DNA of 64,000 bases, taken from contig JBDRNU010000003.1 in assembly GCA_043810775.1 (NCBI GenBank), forward strand, positions 11,778 to 75,777. Reading direction: 5' to 3'. Under the pieces are notes generated by a model that was not told where the DNA came from, searched no databases, and saw only the letters and a program-made list of their open reading frames with translations. Below, piece by piece: positions 56,437 to 64,000 of the stretch (positions are counted from its first letter, which is position 1; the number at the start of each line of letters is the position of its first letter). Source of the stretch: an archaeon (GTDB lineage Archaea > Nanobdellota > Nanobdellia > Pacearchaeales > GW2011-AR1). A program made the position numbers and the translations under genes.

Positions 56437-57170
56437 GCTATCCAAAATTTCCAAATAAGCATTTAGAAAAAGCATTGTTTAGTCCTGAGGATTTTATTAG
56501 CTATGCAAAAAAGAGCAGGGTTCCTAAGAAAATTATAATTACCTATCCTTACACTAATCTACCTTATATTGCAAAAAAATATGGCGCTACAAGAATAGAT
56601 GGGGGACTTATTCAAAAAACTTATGTAACTAAAAAAAGAGATATTGGATTTGTTCAAATGTCTGGAATTGGAAGCCCAAATGCAGTAACTGCTGTTGAAG
56701 AGTTAATTGCCAGAGGAGCAAGAACTTTTCTTAATATAGGCACAGCTGGAGGACTTCATACGGATGGAATTTTCCTTTGCAATAAAGCTTTAAGAGATGA
56801 AGGAACTAGCTATCACTATCTTCCTAAAGGACATTATGTTTATCCTGATGAAAGATTAACTGGGAAGTTTGGAAAATGCATAGGAAGACAAGGGCTAGAA
56901 TATGAAGAAGGGACTACTTGGACTATAGATGCTCCTTATAGGGAGACGAAGGCTGAGATAGAAAGATATGCTAAAAAAGGTATTAAAACAGTTGACATGG
57001 AAGCTTCTGCTTTATTTGCCCTTGCACAGTTTAGAAAAGTAAAGATAGCTAGCGCTTTTGTAGTTAGTGATTCGCTAAGCAAGAAGTGGGGCCCGAAATT
57101 CAAAAAAAGACAGATAAAAGCAATGGTTAACAAATTAATTGATGCAGGAGTTGAATGCTTAAGAAGTTAA
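56433..57170 (+). CDS. nucleoside phosphorylase (PNP/UDP family)
   Basis: GIGSPNAVTAVEELIARGARTFLNIGTAGGL and VDMEASALFALA. Confidence 0.7.
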   Translation: MSYPKFPNKHLEKALFSPEDFISYAKKSRVPKKIIITYPYTNLPYIAKKYGATRIDGGLIQKTYVTKKRDIGFVQMSGIGSPNAVTAVEELIARGARTFLNIGTAGGLHTDGIFLCNKALRDEGTSYHYLPKGHYVYPDERLTGKFGKCIGRQGLEYEEGTTWTIDAPYRETKAEIERYAKKGIKTVDMEASALFALAQFRKVKIASAFVVSDSLSKKWGPKFKKRQIKAMVNKLIDAGVECLRS

Positions 57171-57235
57171 AATAGAAAAGTTTAAATATATATTAATACT
57201 TAATAGTTATAAGTTAATAAATATTAGTTATTAAA

Positions 57236-57502
57236 ATGTTGAAACAAAAACCAGCTCATTGGCCAACTCTAAATACAGTTATAATGGTTGAAAATGTGCT
57301 AAAGAAAATGAATGAAAGCGTGATTAAAATAGCAGAGCTTAAAAGAAAGCTTCCAAAACAGATTAATCATAACACTCTTATGCTTATTCTAAAATATCTT
57401 GAAGAAAGCAATAAAATTTTAGTTACAATAGATGGAATAACTTGGATTCATAATCCTAATCCAAACTTGAGAAAAGCAATTTCAGAAGGCATGAGAATAT
57501 GA
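57236..57502 (+). CDS. small winged-helix protein, candidate antitoxin
   Basis: 88 aa. Its stop overlaps the downstream toxin-like gene (ATGA at 57499). Confidence 0.4.
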   Translation: MLKQKPAHWPTLNTVIMVENVLKKMNESVIKIAELKRKLPKQINHNTLMLILKYLEESNKILVTIDGITWIHNPNPNLRKAISEGMRI

Positions 57503-57852
57503 AAATTGTAGGTATAGTATTATCTCCTGAAGCAAAAGAAGTTTATTTGTACCTAAACAGGGAATCAGAGCACTCAAAAACAGAGAAAATGCTTCTAAAG
57601 GCAATTAACCAGAAATTTGAGTTAATAAAAATAAATCCCCATTATGGAAATCCTATTTCAAAAATATTAATCCCAAAAGAATATAAAATAAAATATGGGA
57701 ATTTAAATCTCTTCAGAGTTGAACTTCCTAATTTTTGGAGAATGCTTTATACACTAACAGAAGGTGAAACAAAAATCGAAGTTGTAGCATTTATTATCGA
57801 TATTACTGATCATCCTATATATAATAAAAAATTTGGCTATAAAAAAAAGTGA
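57499..57852 (+). CDS. RelE/ParE-superfamily toxin-like protein
   Basis: LFRVELPNFWRMLYTL...IEVVAFIIDITDHPIYNKKF resembles the RelE/ParE core (R-x-G-x-YR-hhY...h-I-hhh-H). Confidence 0.45.
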   Translation: MKIVGIVLSPEAKEVYLYLNRESEHSKTEKMLLKAINQKFELIKINPHYGNPISKILIPKEYKIKYGNLNLFRVELPNFWRMLYTLTEGETKIEVVAFIIDITDHPIYNKKFGYKKK

Positions 57853-57858
57853 ATTAAA

Positions 57859-58314
57859 ATGAACCGAAACATTAAATTCAAGCCAGAGATAAGGAGAATG
57901 AAGAAAAATGAGATGAAGCAGGTAGCTATGATACTGAAAGCTGAATCTAGAAAAGAGCCGTATAATGAAAAATGGACAAATACTTCTGCTGTGAAAAAAA
58001 TTAAAGAATATATTAAGGACTGCAATGAAATTTATGTGGCTGTATTTGATAAGGAGATTTTAGGATTTATCATAGTGAGGAGGGAGGTGGGGTGGAATAA
58101 GGGCAAGCTGATAGTTAATGAGTTATTTATCAAGGAAGATTATCAGAGGCAGGGAATTGGCAAGATGCTTGTAAAGAAAGTGGAAAGAATATACCAGAGC
58201 AAGGTTGGAGCTATGTTCTTGACTACAAGCAAGGATGCCAAGGCTTACAAGTTTTACCAATCCTTGGGATTTAAGGCTAGCAGAAGAACTGTGTATATGA
58301 AAAAGGAGGTATAG
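57859..58314 (+). CDS. GNAT N-acetyltransferase
   Basis: Motif A QRQGIGKMLV and C-terminal YKFYQSLGF. Confidence 0.75.
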   Translation: MNRNIKFKPEIRRMKKNEMKQVAMILKAESRKEPYNEKWTNTSAVKKIKEYIKDCNEIYVAVFDKEILGFIIVRREVGWNKGKLIVNELFIKEDYQRQGIGKMLVKKVERIYQSKVGAMFLTTSKDAKAYKFYQSLGFKASRRTVYMKKEV

Positions 58315-58317
58315 AGG

Positions 58318-59517
58318 ATGAATTTTGAAAAAAAGACAAGAGCCCTAAGTTATGGGATGGAATTTACCCATGGAATAAGAAGAGCTTTAATGGGGGCTCT
58401 TGCACTAGTATACTTTGTATATCTTGGATTTAGCATTGTATCAATTACAACTTTATTTGCAATTTCAACCCTTATTATGATTTTCTTTGAATTTCCAACT
58501 GGAGCTATAGCAGATTATGACTCTAGAAAAAAATCGCTTGTAATATCTTTCTTTTTGCTTTCTGTGGCATTTTTTGGAATATTTGCATTTAACAATTTTT
58601 GGTTAATTGCTGTGTCGTGGATTTTAGGAGATATTGCGTGGACTTTTTCCACAGGAGCAGGTTCAGCATGGATTATTGATGCACTGGGATATTCTAAAAA
58701 TAAATCGAAATTAGTGAATCTTATATCGAGGTGTTATTTTTTTGAAAAAGGAGGGCATATTATTGGAGGTTTGATTGGGCTTGTGATAGTTGCAATTAGC
58801 TTTAGATTTGTTTGGCTTGTTATTTCTATTACCAATTTGATTATGATGTTTATAATTATTTTCTATGTAGAAGAAAGAAATTTTAAACCTACAAAAGTGC
58901 CCCATAATTATGCAGTTAAGGCAATGATTAAAGCAAAAGAATCATTTTCTTACCTCATCCATAAAGATAATAGTGAATTAAGGGCTTTGCTGATAGCTGG
59001 ATTAATATCTATAATAGGAGGAAGTATATTTTTTATTGGAGTTCCTTTGTTGTTTACTGAGATATTTAATTTAAAACCTGAAAATTTATCTGCTTTATTT
59101 GCTTTTGTAATGGCATTATCACTTATAAGTCCATTTATAGCTGAAAAAATATCTAATAAAAAAGGATTTAGATATTCATTGTTTGGAATGTTTGCAGTAA
59201 TGGGTCTTGCAATGATTGTTTTAGCTGTATTGGGAAATTTAACATATGCAATTATTGCTTTTGGAATAATACAAATTTCACTAACTGCAACTGATGTTAT
59301 ATCAGATTCTGCTCTTGAACATGAATTTTCCTCAAAAATTAGGGCCTCTTTAGGTTCATTAAATAGTATCAACTGGAGCATTGCCCATTCAATTGGAGTA
59401 TTTTTAGCAGGAATTAGCATTACTTTTTTAGGAATAATAAATACAATTGTGGCGGCTGGAGGGATTACAATTGTGGCCGCAATCATCTATTTAGTAGGGA
59501 TGAAAAAGGAGGTATAG
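58318..59517 (+). CDS. MFS transporter
   Basis: About 11-12 TM helices. Loop 2-3 motif GAIADYDSRKKS (G-x-x-x-D-R-x-G-R-K/R-like). Confidence 0.65.
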   Translation: MNFEKKTRALSYGMEFTHGIRRALMGALALVYFVYLGFSIVSITTLFAISTLIMIFFEFPTGAIADYDSRKKSLVISFFLLSVAFFGIFAFNNFWLIAVSWILGDIAWTFSTGAGSAWIIDALGYSKNKSKLVNLISRCYFFEKGGHIIGGLIGLVIVAISFRFVWLVISITNLIMMFIIIFYVEERNFKPTKVPHNYAVKAMIKAKESFSYLIHKDNSELRALLIAGLISIIGGSIFFIGVPLLFTEIFNLKPENLSALFAFVMALSLISPFIAEKISNKKGFRYSLFGMFAVMGLAMIVLAVLGNLTYAIIAFGIIQISLTATDVISDSALEHEFSSKIRASLGSLNSINWSIAHSIGVFLAGISITFLGIINTIVAAGGITIVAAIIYLVGMKKEV

Positions 59518-59518
59518 A

Positions 59519-60055
59519 ATGAAAGTAAAAATAACCAAGAACAAAGACCTTACAAAAGCTGAAAAAGAGCTAATTAATAACGCGAGAGATATGGAATGGG
59601 GTAGAAATGAAAAAAAAGACTTCGAAGAAGATTATGAAAGAGAAATGATTTGGTTTTTTATTAAAGAAAAAGAAAAAATAGTCTCTCTTGGAGGTCTTCG
59701 TCCAATTGCAATTAATTATTTGGGAAAGAGATATAATATCTTAGGAATATGTAGTGTTCTTTCAATTGAAAAAAATAAGGGTTACGGCAGAGCACTCATT
59801 GGGGAGATAATTGAATACCTTAAAAAGAAAAACAAAACTGGTTTGGGATTCACCAAGAAAAATGAATTTTTCAAAAAAGTTGGATTAAAATCAGAGAAAG
59901 ACTTCATAAAAAGGTTTATTTATAAAAATTTAAAAATAGAGAAGGAAATAATAGATAATGATGGAGATGGAGTTTATTATGAAGGAAAGGATAAATTTAT
60001 TTCCAATATCTTAAAAACTAAATCAATAGTATATATTGATATTTTACACTGGTAA
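59519..60055 (+). CDS. GNAT-like acetyltransferase
   Basis: NKGYGRALIGEII motif A-like segment. Confidence 0.5.
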   Translation: MKVKITKNKDLTKAEKELINNARDMEWGRNEKKDFEEDYEREMIWFFIKEKEKIVSLGGLRPIAINYLGKRYNILGICSVLSIEKNKGYGRALIGEIIEYLKKKNKTGLGFTKKNEFFKKVGLKSEKDFIKRFIYKNLKIEKEIIDNDGDGVYYEGKDKFISNILKTKSIVYIDILHW

Positions 60056-60056
60056 A

Positions 60057-60860
60057 ATGAAAGTAGATTATACAAAAAAATTAGAAGAATTTATCAAAAA
60101 ATTAAAGGAAATTCCAGAGATACTTGCAGTTTTTTATACTGGCTCAACTGCAAGAAAATCTTGGGATAAATATTCTGATATAGATATTGATGTGGTAGTT
60201 AGAGATAAAAACTACGAAAAGATAGTTAATAAACTTCCAAAGATTTTATCTATGTGGGGAGAGATTAGACTCACTAATTACTACAAAGGATGTGATGAAA
60301 ATTATGCATTTATTGATAAGGAATATACAAAAGTTGAAATAGACCCAATAAAAATAAGCAATCTAAAATCTGATTTAAAGTTTAAAGATATTACAATTGA
60401 ATTTGATAAAGAAGGAACATTAAAAAAAGTGCATAAAAAATCACAGAAACTAAAAAGATCCAAAATAAACATAAAGGAATTCAACCATATTCTTTTAGAC
60501 ACTCGAAGCAATTTTCTTTATATTGCTAGGCATTATGCAAGGGGACAGAAATTTTCTGGAGTTGAAGAAATAACTAGGATAAGGTGGGATTTATTCTTTC
60601 TTTTATCAAAATTAAAAGGTTTGGAAGGATATGAACTGATAAGAGATGCTGAAAAGTTATTATCTAAGAGGGAATGGATTCTGTGGATGGATTCTCATTG
60701 CAAAAATTATGAAAAGAATGAGTTAATAAGAGCTATAAAATCAAACTGGAATTTTATGAAATATATTGAAAGGGAATATGAAAGGCTAACTAAAACTAAA
60801 CTTAGACTTAAATGTAATGACGACGAAATTCTAGAAGTTATTAATAAAACACTTAATTGA
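60057..60860 (+). CDS. nucleotidyltransferase (aminoglycoside/streptomycin adenylyltransferase-like fold)
   Basis: FYTGSTARKSWDKYSDIDIDVVV (GS...DxD Pol-beta NTase motif). The ATG at 60057 lies 1 nt after the upstream stop and is preferred over 60036. Confidence 0.6.
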   Translation: MKVDYTKKLEEFIKKLKEIPEILAVFYTGSTARKSWDKYSDIDIDVVVRDKNYEKIVNKLPKILSMWGEIRLTNYYKGCDENYAFIDKEYTKVEIDPIKISNLKSDLKFKDITIEFDKEGTLKKVHKKSQKLKRSKINIKEFNHILLDTRSNFLYIARHYARGQKFSGVEEITRIRWDLFFLLSKLKGLEGYELIRDAEKLLSKREWILWMDSHCKNYEKNELIRAIKSNWNFMKYIEREYERLTKTKLRLKCNDDEILEVINKTLN

Positions 60861-60873
60861 ATCAAGAAATAAA

Positions 60874-62349
60874 ATGAAACAAAAGAATAAATCTAAGATA
60901 TTAAAAAAAAGTGGACTTAATTCACAATTAAGAAAAGATTTAGAAAAATTTTCTAGATTAAGATACCACTATTTCCATAACAGGTTTAGGACACCCATCT
61001 ATACCTATATTCTTTGGGAAGGTTTGACTAAACACTATAATAATGAAGTTCAGTTTAATTATGAAATAAATAATATGATAAACCTAAATAATGATTTGGC
61101 AGCAGACTTGAATGAATGGAATAGTTTAGTTGAAAGAATAGAGAATTTTCTAAAAAAGGACAAACTTCTTTTGGAAAAATTAATGAATATGGCTATAGAT
61201 TTAAACTTAAAAATAGTGAAGTTGGCTAGAGAATTAAGTCGTGAAAGACAAAAGAATTTAATTAAAAAAAAGTTAAACTTATTTTTTGAAAATAGTTATA
61301 AATTTGGTGCATTCAATATATTTACTCTTTTGGTAGAAAAAAGTCTAGAAAATAAATTAAAAGAGATCATAAAAATAAGGTTTGGAAAAGATGAAGATAA
61401 AATATTCCAGATATTAACGACACCACAGGAGTTGAGTGCTATCCAGGAGAAAGAGATAGATCTTTTAAAAATTGCGGAAATGTCTATGAATAATAAAGAG
61501 AAGTATATAAAAAAGCATTTAGAAAAATTTGCATGGTTAAAAAATAGTTCTTACAATGGAGAATTTTATACATTAAAAGAGGTGATGAAAGAAATAAAAA
61601 AGATAAAAAACATAAACCAGCAGTACAAGGAAAAAGAAGAAATCCATAAAAAAGAGTTTGCTAAATATTTTCATTATTTAGAAAATAATGAAAAAGAACT
61701 TGTCAGAGTTTTATTAAAATCTATAAATTTTAGAAGCTGGAGAACAGAAAGATTTTATTTTAATGCTTTTATTTTAAATAATCTTTTTATGTTCCTTGGA
61801 AAAGAAATTGGACTAAAAGATTATAAAGATATATTTTATCTTACTCCACCTGAAATCTTAAATTTAATTGAAGAAAGAAAAGTAAATTTGGATTTAATTG
61901 AAGAAAGAAAAAAAGGTTATGTGATGATATCTGATAAATTTTCAACAAGGATTTATTCTGGAAATAATGTAAAGAAATTCAAAAAGAAAATAAACTTTCA
62001 GGAAAAACTAAACAATAAAATAGAAGAGATTTCTGGACAAATAGTTTATCCTGGAAATGCTATTGGAAATGCAAGAGTCATAAATAAAAGGGAAGATTTG
62101 AAGAAAGTTAAAAGAGGAGAGATACTTATTACTGAAATGACTACTCCTGATTATGTTCCATCATTAAAGCTAGTTAAAGGAATAGCCACTAATGAAGGGG
62201 GAATAATGTGTCATGCAGCAATTATATCTAGGGAATTAAAAATACCTTGTATAGTTGGAACAAAAATAGTTACTAAAATTTTTAAAAATGGTGACTTAAT
62301 TGAGATTGATGCAAATAAAGGAATTATAAAATTAATTAAAAAGAAGTAA
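60874..62349 (+). CDS. PEP-utilising-enzyme mobile (swivel His) domain protein with uncharacterised N-terminal region
   Basis: C-terminal ILITEMTTPDYVPSLKLVKGIATNEGGIMCHAAIISRELKIPCIVG matches the PEP_mobile phospho-His domain. The N-terminal ~330 aa were not recognised. Confidence 0.6.
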   Translation: MKQKNKSKILKKSGLNSQLRKDLEKFSRLRYHYFHNRFRTPIYTYILWEGLTKHYNNEVQFNYEINNMINLNNDLAADLNEWNSLVERIENFLKKDKLLLEKLMNMAIDLNLKIVKLARELSRERQKNLIKKKLNLFFENSYKFGAFNIFTLLVEKSLENKLKEIIKIRFGKDEDKIFQILTTPQELSAIQEKEIDLLKIAEMSMNNKEKYIKKHLEKFAWLKNSSYNGEFYTLKEVMKEIKKIKNINQQYKEKEEIHKKEFAKYFHYLENNEKELVRVLLKSINFRSWRTERFYFNAFILNNLFMFLGKEIGLKDYKDIFYLTPPEILNLIEERKVNLDLIEERKKGYVMISDKFSTRIYSGNNVKKFKKKINFQEKLNNKIEEISGQIVYPGNAIGNARVINKREDLKKVKRGEILITEMTTPDYVPSLKLVKGIATNEGGIMCHAAIISRELKIPCIVGTKIVTKIFKNGDLIEIDANKGIIKLIKKK

Positions 62350-62422
62350 AAGAATAAAAATCTCTTTATACAAAAAAGTTAAGTATAATAATGCTTAAAA
62401 ATAGCAAAAATATAGCTTCTTA

Positions 62423-62848
62423 ATGGTTCAAATTAATTATGACACATTTAAAATTAAAAGGTATAATTTATGGGATTTATTCTTGCATACAAAACAATTC
62501 CCATATATTGGCAGATGTTACGCATGGGCTAAAAGAGAAGACGCTGTAAAAATTGAAGATATGAACCCAAAGGAAAGAAAAGAGCTATTTGAGAAAGTTG
62601 TTCCTGACTGGGAAAAAGCAGTATCTGCGGCATTTGCCCATGACTGGACTAATTTAGCTTTTTTTGAAAATACAACATCACATCTACATGCGCACTTAAT
62701 ACCCAGATATAATACTCCCAAAGAAGCTTATGGAATTGAATTTATAGACCCAAATCCAAAAGGCAATTATTCACCTTATCCACATCAAGAACTTGAAGGT
62801 GAAGTGCTTATAAAAATTAAAGAAGATATTAAAACTTGGATAAGTTAA
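62423..62848 (+). CDS. HIT-family protein
   Basis: Histidine triad SHLHAHLIPR. Confidence 0.6.
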   Translation: MVQINYDTFKIKRYNLWDLFLHTKQFPYIGRCYAWAKREDAVKIEDMNPKERKELFEKVVPDWEKAVSAAFAHDWTNLAFFENTTSHLHAHLIPRYNTPKEAYGIEFIDPNPKGNYSPYPHQELEGEVLIKIKEDIKTWIS

Positions 62849-62903
62849 GAATTCTATCAAAAGAATAGTTATTTAAATCAAATTTCCAATATTAAATTAT
62901 AAA

Positions 62904-63941
62904 ATGGTATTAGAAAATTATATAGCTAATGATTGGTTAAGAGTATTTGTAATATTAGTATCTATTGGTTTTTTTATTAGAGTTAGTTTTTATATTTTAG
63001 AAAAAATTCTTTTGCAGATAGCTTCAAAAACTAAGACAGATGCGGATGACAAGCTAATTAGAAAAGCTTCGGGGCCACTTACTTTTTTAGCTATTTTTAT
63101 GAGTTTAAGGGTAACTTTAACTGAATTAACTATTTCAGTAGGAGTTTATAATGTTATTGTAAATATTCTTTACACTTTAATGATAATAGTGATAGGATAT
63201 CTAGCTTTTGTTTTTTCAGAGCTAATTCTTATAAGAGTTGTTAAAAAAGCTGCTGGCAGGACTAAATCAGAAATTGATGATAATTTAATTTCATTATTTG
63301 AGAGTGCATTGAAAGTGGCATTATTTATTATAATCCTCCTTTATATACTTGGTTTATGGGGTATTGAGATTACTCCCCTACTAGCTGGATTGGGAATAGC
63401 TGGATTGGCAGTAGCTCTTGCACTCCAACCATTGCTTAGCAATATATTTTCAGGCGCGGCCATTGTCCTTGACAAGACAGTTAGAGTAGGTGATTTGGTA
63501 TATTTGGACAGTCAAACTAAAGGAAAAATTAAAAGAGTTGGGCTAAGAAGCACTAGAGTAATTACTTTTGATAATGAGCTTATTATTGTTCCAAATAATA
63601 AGCTTGCTGATAGTGTAGTTCAAAATGTAGCCCTTCCAGAACCTAAAACAAGAGTAGTTATTCCTTTTGGAGTGGCTTATGGGAGTGATATTGAAAAAGT
63701 AAAGAAAGTTGTGCTTGCTGAAATTAAGAAAGTAAATCATCTAGAAAAAGATCCTGAACCTTTCGTAAGATTTCTGGAGATGGCTGATTCAAGCTTGAAT
63801 TTTAAAGCTTATTTTTGGGTTGATTCTTTTGAAAACAAATTTTCAGCAATAGATGAAGCCAACACTATAATTTATAATGCTTTGAATAAGAACAAAATAA
63901 ATATACCATTCCCACAAGTAGATGTACATTTAAAGAAGTAA
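62904..63941 (+). CDS. small-conductance mechanosensitive channel (MscS family)
   Basis: TM3-like GLGIAGLAVALALQPLLSNIFSG, followed by the beta domain VRVGDLV...GKIKRVGLRSTRVITFDNELIIVPNNKLA. Confidence 0.8.
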   Translation: MVLENYIANDWLRVFVILVSIGFFIRVSFYILEKILLQIASKTKTDADDKLIRKASGPLTFLAIFMSLRVTLTELTISVGVYNVIVNILYTLMIIVIGYLAFVFSELILIRVVKKAAGRTKSEIDDNLISLFESALKVALFIIILLYILGLWGIEITPLLAGLGIAGLAVALALQPLLSNIFSGAAIVLDKTVRVGDLVYLDSQTKGKIKRVGLRSTRVITFDNELIIVPNNKLADSVVQNVALPEPKTRVVIPFGVAYGSDIEKVKKVVLAEIKKVNHLEKDPEPFVRFLEMADSSLNFKAYFWVDSFENKFSAIDEANTIIYNALNKNKINIPFPQVDVHLKK

Positions 63942-64000
63942 AAGAATAAAAACTCCAAATTATAACTAAATATATGAAAAAAGCAGTGTATAAGGCTATG

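Noticed and set aside
63974-64000. Possible start of a further gene (ATGAAAAAAGCAGTGTATAAGGCTATG) at the window edge.
   Set aside because: Only 9 codons are visible, which is too short to support a call.

Overview
Visibly AT-rich archaeal chromosome segment. The gene content suggests a small-genome, DPANN-like archaeon, but that placement is inference. Archaeal markers are aCPSF1, archaeal RNase J, proteasome beta subunit, RtcB plus archease, class-I CCA-adding enzyme, Mre11/Rad50, a TrmB-family regulator, class-III (prepilin-like) signal peptides and TTTATA-type promoters.

Layout:
- (i) 1-11.4 kb and 23.9-30 kb: islands of large secreted, Cys-rich, sequon-rich surface proteins, including an S8 subtilase.
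- (ii) 12.1-12.4 kb: an SRP (7S) RNA gene, the only GC-rich island in the window.
- (iii) 13.3-21.5 kb: a type-IV-pilus-like locus with 7 pilin-like genes, a FlaI/VirB11-type ATPase and two T2SS-F platform genes.
- (iv) 21.5-53.5 kb: housekeeping genes for RNA processing, repair and oxidative stress, mostly on the minus strand from 34.3 kb onward.
- (v) 53.9-62.8 kb: a tightly packed plus-strand string of exporter and small-molecule-modifying genes plus a toxin-antitoxin-like pair.

I found no tRNA, rRNA, CRISPR array, transposase or integrase.

The most unusual signals are non-coding:
- A ~80-100 nt three-hairpin element occurs twice, with a covarying stem and a fully swapped central hairpin.
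- Structured inserts sit exactly at gene starts and are flanked by duplications of the start-codon region (a pilin gene and rad50; a Zn-ribbon gene shows a weaker case).
- A 40-nt near-identical leader hairpin precedes the TrmB-like regulator and aCPSF1.

All function calls come from motif reading by eye. No searches or computations were run.
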